Origin: Nitrospirota bacterium
GTDB lineage: Bacteria > Nitrospirota > UBA9217
Assembly: GCA_963818475.1 (NCBI GenBank)
Contig: CAWFSF010000005.1
Coordinates: 384,001-448,000, forward strand
Direction of reading: 5' to 3'
DNA: 64,000 bases
Position 1 is the stretch's first letter. Each line of letters begins with the position of its first letter. Positions 54,174-64,000 of this stretch are shown here, one piece after another. A program made the translations under genes and the position numbers. Under the pieces are notes generated by a model, which made no database searches, had not been told where the DNA came from, and was given only the letters and a program-made list of their open reading frames with translations.

Positions 54174-54728
54174 CTACGGCCTGCTTCCGAGACGGACCAG
54201 GAAGGCCGTATCGCCCAGCATCTTCCTGACCACGTCCGCCAAAGCCTGGCCCGCCAGGCGATCGGCCTCTGCCTGCAAAGCACCTGTGCTCGTGGCGCGC
54301 GATGCAGCGACCCCTTCATACTCTTTTTCCCATCCCACTGAGGACGACACCAGCGCCCTCACCGTGAACTGGAACTGGCCCCTGGTCTCGCTGAACGTGA
54401 TCTCCGGCACAGCGAGGCTCAGGACCACCGGGGCATCGCTCCGCACCCGTGCTCCGCGCACGGCAAGTTCCCGGGACAGGGATTCAACCAGCCGCATTGA
54501 CCATGCCTGCCGGCTTGTGCGAAAGCCCGACCGCCCCTTATCGGCGGTCAGAATGTCCTGCTCTGCCGTGTCCTTTTCCGCGTTCACGACAATAACAGAG
54601 ACCGCGGACAAGGACAGCGAACCTTGTCCCTTGACAGGCGGCAGTGCTTTCGGTGTGACCAGGTAGGTGCTGCAGCCGCCAAGCAGCGCCAGGCACAGGA
54701 TCAGGAGGGGCCTCCGGTACGTTTTCAC
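54174..54728 (-). CDS. Hypothetical lipoprotein
   Basis: LLGGC lipobox; directly after fba. Confidence 0.65.
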   Translation of the reverse strand: MKTYRRPLLILCLALLGGCSTYLVTPKALPPVKGQGSLSLSAVSVIVVNAEKDTAEQDILTADKGRSGFRTSRQAWSMRLVESLSRELAVRGARVRSDAPVVLSLAVPEITFSETRGQFQFTVRALVSSSVGWEKEYEGVAASRATSTGALQAEADRLAGQALADVVRKMLGDTAFLVRLGSRP

Positions 54729-54729
54729 T

Positions 54730-55728
54730 TCACGCCTGACCGGCCGAGCCGAGCACTTCCTTGTTCTTATGAATGATCATCTTGATCAGTTCGTCGCGGG
54801 CCGGTCCCAGGTACTTTCTCGGGTCGAACTCGGCCGGTTTTTCCGCCAGGGTCTTCCGGATCAGAGCGGTCATGGCAAGACGGCCGTCGCTGTCGATGTT
54901 GACCTTGCAGACCGCGCTTCGTGCCGCCTTGCGGAGCTGCTCCTCGGGAATGCCCACGGCGTCCTTCAATGCCCCGCCGTTCTTGTTGATCATCTCGACG
55001 TACTCGGGGATCACGGACGACGCGCCGTGCAGCACAATGGGGAAGCCCGGGATGCGCTTTTCGATCTCCTCGAGTATGTCGAACCGGAGCGGCGGCGGCA
55101 CCAGGACCCCGCGCGCATCGCGCGTGCACTGCGCCGGCTTGAACTTCATGGCCCCATGGGACGTGCCGATCGAGATGGCCAGCGAATCGACGTTCGTCTT
55201 TTTCACAAAATCCTCGACCTCTTCTGGTTTCGTGTACGTGGACTTCTCGGCCACCACCGCATCCTCGATGCCGGCCAGGACCCCGAGCTCTCCTTCGACG
55301 ACCACGTTATGGGCATGGGCGTACTCTACCACCTGTTTGGTCAGCTTCACATTGTCCTCGTAGGAATGATGGGACCCGTCGATCATCACGGAAGAAAAGC
55401 CGGAATCGATGCAGGATTTGCAGAGCTCAAAGGTATCGCCGTGGTCCAGGTGGAGCGCGAACTTCACCGGCGATCCGGCATCGTTGATCATCCCCACAGC
55501 CCCCATGGCAAGGAACCGGAGCAGGGTCTGGTTGGCGTATTTCCGCGCGCCGCTCGAGACCTGCAGGATGAACGGGGACTTCGACTCCACGCAGCCCATC
55601 ACGATTGCCTGCAGCTGCTCCATATTGTTAAAATTATATGCCGGGATCGCGTACTTGCCCTTCATCGCTTTCGCGAACATATCCGTGGTCGTGACCAGTC
55701 CGATGTCCTTGTATGAGACCTTCTCCAT
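54730..55728 (-). CDS. fba: Class II fructose-bisphosphate aldolase
   Basis: LHLDHG, SVMIDGS, VEGELG, IGTSHG, VLHGASS, KVNIDSD. Confidence 0.95.
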   Translation of the reverse strand: MEKVSYKDIGLVTTTDMFAKAMKGKYAIPAYNFNNMEQLQAIVMGCVESKSPFILQVSSGARKYANQTLLRFLAMGAVGMINDAGSPVKFALHLDHGDTFELCKSCIDSGFSSVMIDGSHHSYEDNVKLTKQVVEYAHAHNVVVEGELGVLAGIEDAVVAEKSTYTKPEEVEDFVKKTNVDSLAISIGTSHGAMKFKPAQCTRDARGVLVPPPLRFDILEEIEKRIPGFPIVLHGASSVIPEYVEMINKNGGALKDAVGIPEEQLRKAARSAVCKVNIDSDGRLAMTALIRKTLAEKPAEFDPRKYLGPARDELIKMIIHKNKEVLGSAGQA

Positions 55729-55940
55729 GCCGTAATTCCTCCTGATTTAAGAGTTTACTCCGCGAAGAACAACCTCGCAGAGTTGGGGTTTTGATTGCTA
55801 AAACTATCTTAGCATGAAGTTCGGGCAAACTGCAAGTCCCTGTCGAAAAATGAGCGCTGCCTGAAAAAAGTATTTGGACGCGGATAAGATCTGATAAACG
55901 CAGATTAAAATAGGCAAGGAACAGCTGTGCGGACGGCCGG

Positions 55941-56633
55941 TTAGAGCGGATTTTTCTGAAGCACCTCGGCATCGGTGCCGTTCTGGAGCAGGTCGATCAT
56001 GCGTGCGAGGGATTCCTCGTGCAGGTCATGGATAAGCACCCGATCAACGCCGCTCCGCCGTTTTTTATTCAGGACCGACAGGAGCACCATGCTCTTGTAT
56101 ATACGTTTGTTGGTCTTGAAGGAGAACACGTACGGGTCGAGAGCGTTTTCCATGAGAAGGTCGCTGCGCTTGCGTACTGCCCTGCTGATCGCCACCGTCT
56201 GAAGCCAGTAGCTCTTGTCGATGATGCTGTCGGCTTTTAGTTCGAGCCAGGTATGTCCCACGTTCCCCAGTTCATCCGTCAGGGTCTCATGGGCCACCGT
56301 ATCGGCCGCGAGATGGCTGAGGTAGCCATAGGCAAAGGCCCGCTCCGGCCATTGCTCCGCCTGATCAAGGAGCTTGAGGCCAACATCCCAGGAGTGCGAA
56401 CTTTTGTCGTCAGGGAGATATTTCTTGCCGATAATGATGTCAGCCATGAGGTTCCCGTACAGGAAATCCTGTTTATGTTTTTTAAGGAGCGCCAGAATGC
56501 CGGCAGGAATGAGCGGTGCACACGACAGCAGTTCATTGCCCAGAAACATATGGGTCATGGGACCCCATGCAAAGGACGCTGTTGGAACCAGGATGAGTCC
56601 GATAATGAGTGCAAGATAATACATGGCCATCAA
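55941..56633 (-). CDS. Zinc-dependent phospholipase C family protein
   Basis: AWGPMTH, YGYLSHLAADTVAH, HTWLE. Confidence 0.8.
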   Translation of the reverse strand: MMAMYYLALIIGLILVPTASFAWGPMTHMFLGNELLSCAPLIPAGILALLKKHKQDFLYGNLMADIIIGKKYLPDDKSSHSWDVGLKLLDQAEQWPERAFAYGYLSHLAADTVAHETLTDELGNVGHTWLELKADSIIDKSYWLQTVAISRAVRKRSDLLMENALDPYVFSFKTNKRIYKSMVLLSVLNKKRRSGVDRVLIHDLHEESLARMIDLLQNGTDAEVLQKNPL

Positions 56634-56766
56634 TAAATAAGAGATGAATAACTTTTACGGGATCGTACGTCTGCTGCCCCGTGCGGGAACCAGCAGCGCC
56701 AAACTTTTTAATGGTACCCCTTTCATCAGGGATAAGTCAATAGAAAAGGATCAGGAAAGACTCACA

Positions 56767-58137
56767 TCACCCGACCACATTATACTCGCGTGCCCGGAAC
56801 TTTGCGCCAAGCTCTTCCGCGATCTTCCGGCAGGCCTCCACATCCACTTCCGGCAGTGCAACGACGGTGGCGGTCACGTCAGGAATATATTTGACCGCCT
56901 CGCGAATAAACTCTTTTACCGCGTCGTAGGCCGCGATGCCGAATGTCGGCTGGCTTATTTTGTTATAGAGCTCGGCGTTCTGCGCGTTCAGGCTGACGCT
57001 TACGGCGTCCACGAGACCGGCAAGCTCCGGCAGTACGTTCCGCTTATTGATCAGGTTCGCATGGCCGTTCGTATCGATCCGCACCCTGCCCCCGCGCCGC
57101 TTCACCTCCCCAGCCACGGCCTTGACCACATCGAGCCGCAGCAGCGGCTCTCCGTATCCGCAGAACACGACCTCGGCATAGCGTTTGGGGTCGCCGATCT
57201 CCTTGATGAGCTGCTCCGCCTTTGGTTCTTCGGCAAGTCTGAGATTATGCCCCTTCACAAAATCCGTGTGGTAGCGGACGCAGAACGTACAGGCTGCCGA
57301 GCAGCGGTTCGTAATATTGAGGTACAGTGAGTTCCTGATCGGGTAGGTGATCTGGCCTTTTGCCGGCATAGCGCCGATGCCGAACAGCTGCATGGCATTG
57401 AAGCTGGTGATCCTGGCCACGTCGTCGAACGAGAGTCCCTTGATCTTGGCAATGGCCTCGGCAGTATGGCGCACGAAGGCCGGTTCGTTCCGCTTGCCGC
57501 GCAGCGGCTGGGGCGAGAGATACGGGGAATCCGTCTCGATCAGCAGATGTTCGATCGGGATCTGGCGCACTACCTCGCGCAGGGCCTCGGCCTTGGGGAA
57601 CGTGACCGGACCGGCGATGGAGAGCGAAAAACCCATCTCGATCACCCGTTTCGCCATGGCAATATCCCCGGAAAAGCAGTGCAGCACGCCGCCCAGCTCG
57701 GGCGACCATTCCTCGGACAGGATCTGGAGCGTGTCCTCGTGGGCATCGCGGTCGTGGACAATGACCGGAAGCTCGAGCTTGCGCGCCTCGCGCAGCATGT
57801 CGCGAAACTTTCTTTTCTGGTCCGCGCGGGGCGAGTGCTCGTAGTGATAATCCAGCCCGATCTCGCCGTAGGCCACCACCTTCTTATGCTGGGCGAAATG
57901 CCGGAGGATATCGTAGGCAGGATGCAGGATGTCCTTCACTTCGTGGGGGTGGATGCCGATAGCGGCATAGATGAAATCGTACTTGTCCGCCAGCATGACC
58001 GCATCTCTGCTCGATTCCACGGTCGTGCCGATCGTAATGATGTACTCGACGCCTGCCTCGCGGGCGCGTTTGATCACCTCGTCGCGGTCGTCGTTGAATT
58101 CCCGCATCTCAAGATGCGCATGGGTGTCGATCAGCAT
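56767..58137 (-). CDS. tatD: TatD DNase fused to TatD-associated radical SAM domain
   Basis: IDTHAH, GIHPH, GEIGLDY, ETDSPY; then YLNITNRCSAACTFCVR, GYGEP. Confidence 0.92.
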   Translation of the reverse strand: MLIDTHAHLEMREFNDDRDEVIKRAREAGVEYIITIGTTVESSRDAVMLADKYDFIYAAIGIHPHEVKDILHPAYDILRHFAQHKKVVAYGEIGLDYHYEHSPRADQKRKFRDMLREARKLELPVIVHDRDAHEDTLQILSEEWSPELGGVLHCFSGDIAMAKRVIEMGFSLSIAGPVTFPKAEALREVVRQIPIEHLLIETDSPYLSPQPLRGKRNEPAFVRHTAEAIAKIKGLSFDDVARITSFNAMQLFGIGAMPAKGQITYPIRNSLYLNITNRCSAACTFCVRYHTDFVKGHNLRLAEEPKAEQLIKEIGDPKRYAEVVFCGYGEPLLRLDVVKAVAGEVKRRGGRVRIDTNGHANLINKRNVLPELAGLVDAVSVSLNAQNAELYNKISQPTFGIAAYDAVKEFIREAVKYIPDVTATVVALPEVDVEACRKIAEELGAKFRAREYNVVG

Positions 58138-58210
58138 TATTCCACCAAATGGTAGGGGCGGGTTCTAAACCCGTCCTTACGATTCTAATTCCGCAATCCG
58201 CAATCGATTC

Positions 58211-60215
58211 TCACTTCACCCTGTTCCCTGCCTTCGTCTCCCGGTCAAAGGTGGCCACGGCAAGCAGGTCCCCGTTGCTCGCGGCAAGCAGCATGCCCTG
58301 GGACTCGATGCCCATGAGCTTGGCGGGCTTCAGGTTCGCAACGATCACGATGGTCTTGCCCAGAAGCTCCTCGGGCGTGTAGCTCTTGCCGATGCCGGCC
58401 ACGACCTGGCGGGTCTCGGTGCCGATGTCCACCTGGAGCTTCACCAGTTTGTCCGACTTCACCACGCGCTCGGCCGCGACGATCTTGCCGACCCGAAGGT
58501 CGACCTTCATAAAGTCTTCTATCCCGATCGGGTCCTTTGCTGCCGCAACAGGAGCTGCTGCCGGCTGGGCAGGAGCTGCTTGCTGTGCATCCTGTTTGAT
58601 CTCCGACTTGGCTTCTTGTTCTGTTTTCTCCATCTTTTTCTCCGTATTCTTTTTCTGGTCTATGCGCGGGAACAATTGCGCACCCGGCTGGATGGCCGTT
58701 CCCGGGGACAGCCTGCCCCAGCGGACTTCTTCACTCAAGCGGCATTCGTTGATCTCTTTTGCGATGCCGAGAGCGTTCCATATCTTCTGACTCGTTGACG
58801 GCATCACCGGGAACAGATAGAGGCCGATGAGTCGAAGGGATTCTGCGAGATTGTACAGCACGCTGCCGAGCCGCTCCAGGTCATTTTTTTTGGCGAGCGT
58901 CCAGGGTGCATTCTCTTCCACGTAACGGTTCGCCCGGGTCACGAGCGACCACGAATCATGCAGGTATTTCGTAAAGGCCAGGGCGGCAAGGTCGTCGTCG
59001 ATCCTGGCCGGTACCGAAAGGGCTGTCTCCCGAAGCTCCCGGTCGGCGGGCTGTTCAGAGCCTGCCTGCGGGATCTTTCCCTCAAAATATTTCCCGACCA
59101 TCGTAAGCACGCGCGACAACAGGTTCCCCAGGTCATTAGCGAGCTCGGTGTTAAAGCGCGTGACAAAGGTATCGGTGGAGAAATCGCCGTCCAGCCCGAA
59201 GGGCACCTCGCGCAGCACAAAGTAGCGGAATGCGTCGGCGCCGTAGGCATCCACGATCTCGTGCGGATCGATCACGTTCCCGATCGACTTGGACATCTTT
59301 TTGCCGTCCTTGGTCCACCACCCGTGCGCGAAGATGTTGACCGGCAGCGGCAGGCCGAGCGCCATCAGCATGGTGGACCAGTAGACGCTGTGGGTGGTCA
59401 GGATGTCCTTGCCCACCAGATGGTGGTCGGCAGGCCACCAGAACGTTTCCCGCGCTGCTGCCTCGGCGGAACCAGCTGCTGAGGGACTCAGGTAACGCGT
59501 GGCGGAAAAATAGTTCACCAGGGCGTCGAACCAGACATAGGTGACGAAAGCGCGGTCAAAGGGAAGCTCGATGCCCCAGGAGAGCCGCGCCTTGGGGCGC
59601 GAGATGCACAGGTCGCCCAGGGTCTGCGACCTGAGGAACCCCAGCACTTCGTTCCGGCGCGATTCAGGCCGGATATAGTTCGGATTCTGCTCGATATGCG
59701 CGATGAGCCGCGCCTGATACTTGCTCATAAGGAAGAAGTAGTTGTCTTCCGAGATGCGCTCCACGGGCCTGCCGCAGTCGGGGCACTTGCCCTCGGTCGA
59801 TCTCCTTCTCGGTCCAGAACCGCTCATCAGGCGTGCAGTACCAGCCCTCGTAGGTTCGGCGCTCGATCTCGACCTTGTCGAACAGTTTCTGCAGAAGCTC
59901 CTGCACTACGGCAATGTGTTCTTTGTCGGTTGTGCGAATGAATGCGTCGTTGGTGATCTCGAGCTTCTTCCAGAGATGCTGGAAGTTCACGGTCAGCAGG
60001 TCGGCGTGCGCCTTGGGCGTAAGCCCCCGCTCCGTGGCCGCTTTCTCGACCTTCTGGCCGTGCTCATCGGTGCCGGTGAGAAAGAACACGGCATCACCGA
60101 GAAGCCGGTGATAGCGCGCCAGCGTGTCCGCGGCAATGGTGGTGTAGGCGTGGCCGATGTGCGGCACGTCGTTCACGTAATAGATCGGCGTTGTAATATA
60201 GAATTTTTTCGTCAT
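58211..60215 (-). CDS. metG: Methionine--tRNA ligase (frameshift ~59800)
   Basis: YITTPIYYVN..HIGH, GTDEHG, YVWFDAL, KMSKS, C-terminal tRNA-binding domain. Confidence 0.96.
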
Positions 60216-60353
60216 CGATTTTTAATGCGGGTCGGTTTTTTACCGCGGAGACGCGGAGCCAGAAGTAGGCGCTTCCAAGCGACGCAGAGAAAACCTTTAT
60301 TATTTTCAAGGTGTCATTCTCCGCGCCTCTGCGTCTCGGCGGTGAGTAATGAC

Positions 60354-61724
60354 TTATTGCGAATGTATCAATTTTGTCGCGACAAACCCGTGCGTCATAG
60401 CCCTGGCTGCGGCGGGATGCCGCGCATGTCCGAAGCTACTCGGCCTGCCCTCCGCCGCCGGCCGGCCCTCCCTGCGGTTTGTCTCCCTGTCCCGGTTTCT
60501 TCTTGCGGTTGCGCCAGAAGCGACGCTTGTTCTTCTTTCCGCTTTTCTCTCCTGCTTCGCCCTGCTGCTGCGGCTGCTGGCCTTCCTGTTGGGGCTCCAG
60601 CGGCTGTTCAGACGGACTGCTGTTGCGGCAGGTGTGTGGCTGCGGCTGCTGTGCGGCCGCTGCTGTTGCTGCGGCGCGCCTTCGCCTTCCTGCTTCGGCT
60701 TCTGCTGCTGCCGGTCCTTGGGCTTGCCTCCCCGGCCGCGCTGCTTTTTATCCTGCTGCGGTTCGCGCCGCTTCTCGGCCTTGGGACCGCTTGCCGGCGC
60801 GGCCTCGTCCCGCGGCTTTTCCCGCTGTTTTTCCCGGCGCTGTTCCTGGGGCAGCTTTCTCCGCTCTTCCTGCCGCTTTCGCTCCTCGGCCTGTCGGCGG
60901 TCCTCGTCCTCCCGCGCTTCGGCGATGCGGCGCTCCTCTTCATCGCGCTTGACCTGGATCACGGCCTGGCGCATACTGGCCAGGTCCTTCTTGTTCTCCT
61001 CGTACATCTCGAACTCGTAGGAGAGGCAGCAGAGCAGCCTGCCGCAGACGCCCGATATTTTCGCGGGATTGAGCACCATTTCCTGCTTCTTGGCCATGCG
61101 GATCGAGACCGGCTCAAAGTTCTTCAAAAAGGAGGCGCAGCAGAGCTCGCGGCCGCAGGGGCCGAACCCGCCGATCAAACGCGCCACGTCGCGCACCCCG
61201 ATCTGGCGCATCTCGATCCTGCTCCGCAGCTTGTAGGCAAGGTCCTTTACCAGGTCGCGGAAATCGATCCTTGTTTCGGAGAAGAAGAAAAAGGTGGCCC
61301 GCGTTGCGTCGAGGGAATACTCGACGCGGATCAGCTTCATGGGAAGTTCGCGTTCGGCGATCATGTCCTGCGACATGGCGAACGCCTCGGCCTCGCGCTC
61401 GCGGTTCTTTTTTTCGCGGGCCAGGTCGTCCTCGGTGGCCTTGCGCACGAGCTTGCGCAAAAGTTTGGGAGCCGGCGCAGGTGCAGCCGGCGCGGCAGCA
61501 GCAGGAACCGTCCCTTCGGCCGATGCCGGTCCCGGTTCCGGTCCGTCCAAGCCGGGCTCGGCAACCGACGGCGCCTGCGGCCTTCGGATGCGCACCACCG
61601 TGGCCATCCCCAGGCCCCGGTCCGAGTCAACGATCACACTGTCGCCGACCGAAAGTTCAAGGTCTGTTGCATCAAAATCATATACTTTCCAATTGTCCCG
61701 AAACCGTATGCCTGCGATCTTCAT
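60354..61724 (-). CDS. PSP1/RicT family protein with charged tail (true end uncertain)
   Basis: RIDFRDLVK, RIEMRQIGVRD, GPCGRELCC, SGVCGRLLCCL. Confidence 0.88.
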   Translation of the reverse strand: MKIAGIRFRDNWKVYDFDATDLELSVGDSVIVDSDRGLGMATVVRIRRPQAPSVAEPGLDGPEPGPASAEGTVPAAAAPAAPAPAPKLLRKLVRKATEDDLAREKKNREREAEAFAMSQDMIAERELPMKLIRVEYSLDATRATFFFFSETRIDFRDLVKDLAYKLRSRIEMRQIGVRDVARLIGGFGPCGRELCCASFLKNFEPVSIRMAKKQEMVLNPAKISGVCGRLLCCLSYEFEMYEENKKDLASMRQAVIQVKRDEEERRIAEAREDEDRRQAEERKRQEERRKLPQEQRREKQREKPRDEAAPASGPKAEKRREPQQDKKQRGRGGKPKDRQQQKPKQEGEGAPQQQQRPHSSRSHTPAATAVRLNSRWSPNRKASSRSSRAKQERKAERRTSVASGATARRNRDRETNRREGRPAAEGRPSSFGHARHPAAARAMTHGFVATKLIHSQ

Positions 61725-61780
61725 GATAGTATATTCATCTCTTCTCTTTGGTCGGTTGTTGGTCTTGATCCGCCGCGCGC

Positions 61781-62770
61781 TTAGAGCCTTCCGAGCCTGA
61801 GCAGCAGGTTCTCGGCAACAAGCTGTGCGCTGACACGGCGGTCAAGGAGCTTCTTGCTCGAGGTGAACAGCTCCAGGTCAAGAAGCATCCCCGGAAGCGG
61901 CCGATGTTCACACCACTGCCGGAGCAGGTCCCGGCGGCTTCCATTGACCAGCAGGCGCTCCTCGCTGGTCTCGCGATAGACCACGGCATCGCGAAGCCAC
62001 TCGATCCCGATGTCGAGCAGGCGTTCCAGCCGCTCGCGGTCCTTTCCATATGCCTCGGCCTGGTGAAGCGTCTCACTGGGACTGAAGCGCCCCAGCCCGC
62101 TCCAGAGCGTCAGGACCTCGTCACGGAGCGCCTTTTCCGCGTCAATGTCCATCTCGATGCCACGGCCCAGGCTCCCCTGCGCGAGCGCCGCAAGGAACCA
62201 GGCATCCTCTTCCGAGAGGCCCCGCTTGCGCGCCAGCGCCGCCGCAAGGGTGTGCCGGGGCAGCGGATGGAACATGATCTCCTGACAGCGTGACCGGATG
62301 GTCGGCAACAGGCTCTGCGGCATGGCGGTGATCAGGATAATGAGGGCGTCACCCGGGGGCTCTTCGAGGGTCTTTAAGAACGCATTTGCCGAGGCTGCAT
62401 TCAACCCCTCGGCCCCGTCAACGATCAGGACCTTTTTGTTCCCTTCGAAGGGCCTGAGGGCAAGATCGGCCTGCGCCTCCCGCACCTGATCGATCTTGAT
62501 CTCGTTCCCTTCGGCCGCCAGGAGGTGCACATCCGGATGGCCCCCTGAAGCGACCTTGCGGCACGAGGGGCAGCTGCCGCATCCTCCGTCAGGAGCGGCC
62601 GCAGAACAGTTCACGGCTGCAGCAAGGCCCAGGGCCGTCATTTTCTTGCCGATGCCGGACTCACCTGAGAACAAATAGGCATGGGCGAGCGTCCCATGGG
62701 CAATCGCCCGCTTCAGGATCTGGAGCGGCCCTTCATGGCCTTCGATATCGTTAAAGAACATGGAATGCAT
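61781..62770 (-). CDS. holB: DNA polymerase III delta' subunit
   Basis: HAYLFSG..GIGK, CGSCPSC, HPD, NAFLKTLEEP, TIRSRC. Confidence 0.93.
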   Translation of the reverse strand: MHSMFFNDIEGHEGPLQILKRAIAHGTLAHAYLFSGESGIGKKMTALGLAAAVNCSAAAPDGGCGSCPSCRKVASGGHPDVHLLAAEGNEIKIDQVREAQADLALRPFEGNKKVLIVDGAEGLNAASANAFLKTLEEPPGDALIILITAMPQSLLPTIRSRCQEIMFHPLPRHTLAAALARKRGLSEEDAWFLAALAQGSLGRGIEMDIDAEKALRDEVLTLWSGLGRFSPSETLHQAEAYGKDRERLERLLDIGIEWLRDAVVYRETSEERLLVNGSRRDLLRQWCEHRPLPGMLLDLELFTSSKKLLDRRVSAQLVAENLLLRLGRL

Positions 62771-62839
62771 TGAGGCCTGCGGCCGTCATGGTAATAGCTA
62801 TCATGGCACCTTGCTTTTGCGGGGCCCGTTTCGCGCCGT

Positions 62840-63478
62840 TCAGGCCAGGCATCGGTCCACGATCTCCCTGATCTTTTCCTGCACACGGAGCGGCGGCAGC
62901 GCCGCGTCAACGATCCTGATGCGGTCCGGCGCTTCCCGTGCCAGGGCCAGATACCCCTGACGGACGCGCTCATGGAACGCAAGCGCCTCGTTTTCGAACC
63001 GTGCTTCCGCCTCGAGCCCCTGCTGGTTGTTCCGGCCGCGGGCGCGGGCAAGGCCAACGGCGGCCTCCACATCAAGCACGATCGTCAGGTCCGGCCGCAT
63101 CCCGGAGGTCACGAGCCGGTCAAGCTCCTGGATCAGCGTAAGGTCCAGCCCCCGTCCGTAGCCCTGATAGGCGATCGTCGCATCCGAGAACCGGTCGCAC
63201 AGTACAATGGCGCCGCTCTCGAGCGCGGGGCGGATCACTTCCTTGAGATGCTGCGCACGGCTTGCTGCATAGAGCAAAAGTTCCGCAGAGGGGTCAAGGG
63301 CCTTGTTCCCCGGATCGAGGAGGATCTTCCTCACCTGGTCGCCGATCGGCGTGCCGCCGGGCTCCCGGGTGAGCGTAACTGCCCGCTGGTTCGATCGCAG
63401 ATGGTCCGCAAGCAGGGAGATCTGAGAGGACTTGCCCGAACCTTCAATTCCTTCAAACGTGATGAACCGGCCCCTCAC
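62840..63478 (-). CDS. tmk: Thymidylate kinase
   Basis: FITFEGIEGSGKS, TREPGG, LCDRF, YQG. Confidence 0.96.
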   Translation of the reverse strand: MRGRFITFEGIEGSGKSSQISLLADHLRSNQRAVTLTREPGGTPIGDQVRKILLDPGNKALDPSAELLLYAASRAQHLKEVIRPALESGAIVLCDRFSDATIAYQGYGRGLDLTLIQELDRLVTSGMRPDLTIVLDVEAAVGLARARGRNNQQGLEAEARFENEALAFHERVRQGYLALAREAPDRIRIVDAALPPLRVQEKIREIVDRCLA

Positions 63479-64000
63479 CTATTTGAGCTCCGCGAACACG
63501 TCGCCGTCCATCTTCAGCGCCGGGTTTGACGCAAAAAGGATCACCTGGGTCTTGGTGCCGAGTGAGCGGAGGACCTGGCATGCCGCCTTTTGCCGCATCG
63601 GATCGAAACCGGCAAGCGGGTCATCCAGCAGCAGCGGCAGCCGCCGTTTCCCTGCCAGGGCCTCGACGATCCCGGTCCTGATACAGAAGGAGATCAGCTC
63701 CTGCGTACTGGGGCTCAGGTCCGCAACCTGCACCGCCGTGTTATCTCTGGCATGCACCACCGGCCCGGCATCGCCGGCGATCTCGATCCGCACATATTTA
63801 CCTGCGGTGACTGCCATAAGGTTTCGCTGCGCCGCCGCCTCCACTGCAGGAATGAGCGTCTCCATTTCGATCGCGCCGATGCGGCTGGCTATGCCGAGCT
63901 CTGCCTGAAAACCCGCTCCCGGCGCGGCTGCTCCGGGGTCGGGAGAGCTGAGATCGCCCGGGTCCGGCGCGCCAACATTCCAGGAAGATGCGGAGGAAGA
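63479..64000 (-). CDS. C-terminus of YhaN/SMC-like protein (partial)
   Basis: LSPSTQE degenerate signature, LPLLLDDPLAGFD, QVILF. Confidence 0.65.
   Translation of the reverse strand, partial: SSSASSWNVGAPDPGDLSSPDPGAAAPGAGFQAELGIASRIGAIEMETLIPAVEAAAQRNLMAVTAGKYVRIEIAGDAGPVVHARDNTAVQVADLSPSTQELISFCIRTGIVEALAGKRRLPLLLDDPLAGFDPMRQKAACQVLRSLGTKTQVILFASNPALKMDGDVFAELK

Overview
Bacterial chromosomal segment, GC-rich core. Gene content (dodecaheme cytochrome, TatD-radical SAM fusion, CIRCE-controlled groESL) suggests an anaerobic Nitrospirota or Desulfobacterota-like organism; this taxonomy is inference only. Positions 1-25.8 kb are an accessory region: ABC exporter, tag, small redox and regulatory genes, gene relics, several repeat/MITE families, a complete IS481-like element, a RAYT transposase, and an AT-rich defence-like island just downstream of groEL. 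Positions 25.9-64 kb are mostly housekeeping: groESL, ctpA-envC-ftsXE, split transketolase, tRNA-Leu, higBA, fba, tatD, metG, holB, tmk. Many single-base indels, dense in essential genes at 26.5-34.4 kb, look like assembly errors. Best leads: (1) a rhodanese read through two in-frame UGA codons (U-A-U) followed by a SECIS-like hairpin, a candidate double-selenocysteine protein; (2) an island bracketed by a duplicated groEL terminator, carrying a HEPN + ATPase pair and a Zn-finger + membrane/triple-S1 pair, both candidate new anti-phage systems; (3) two duplicated structured non-coding elements. Everything was read by eye; no database searches were run.
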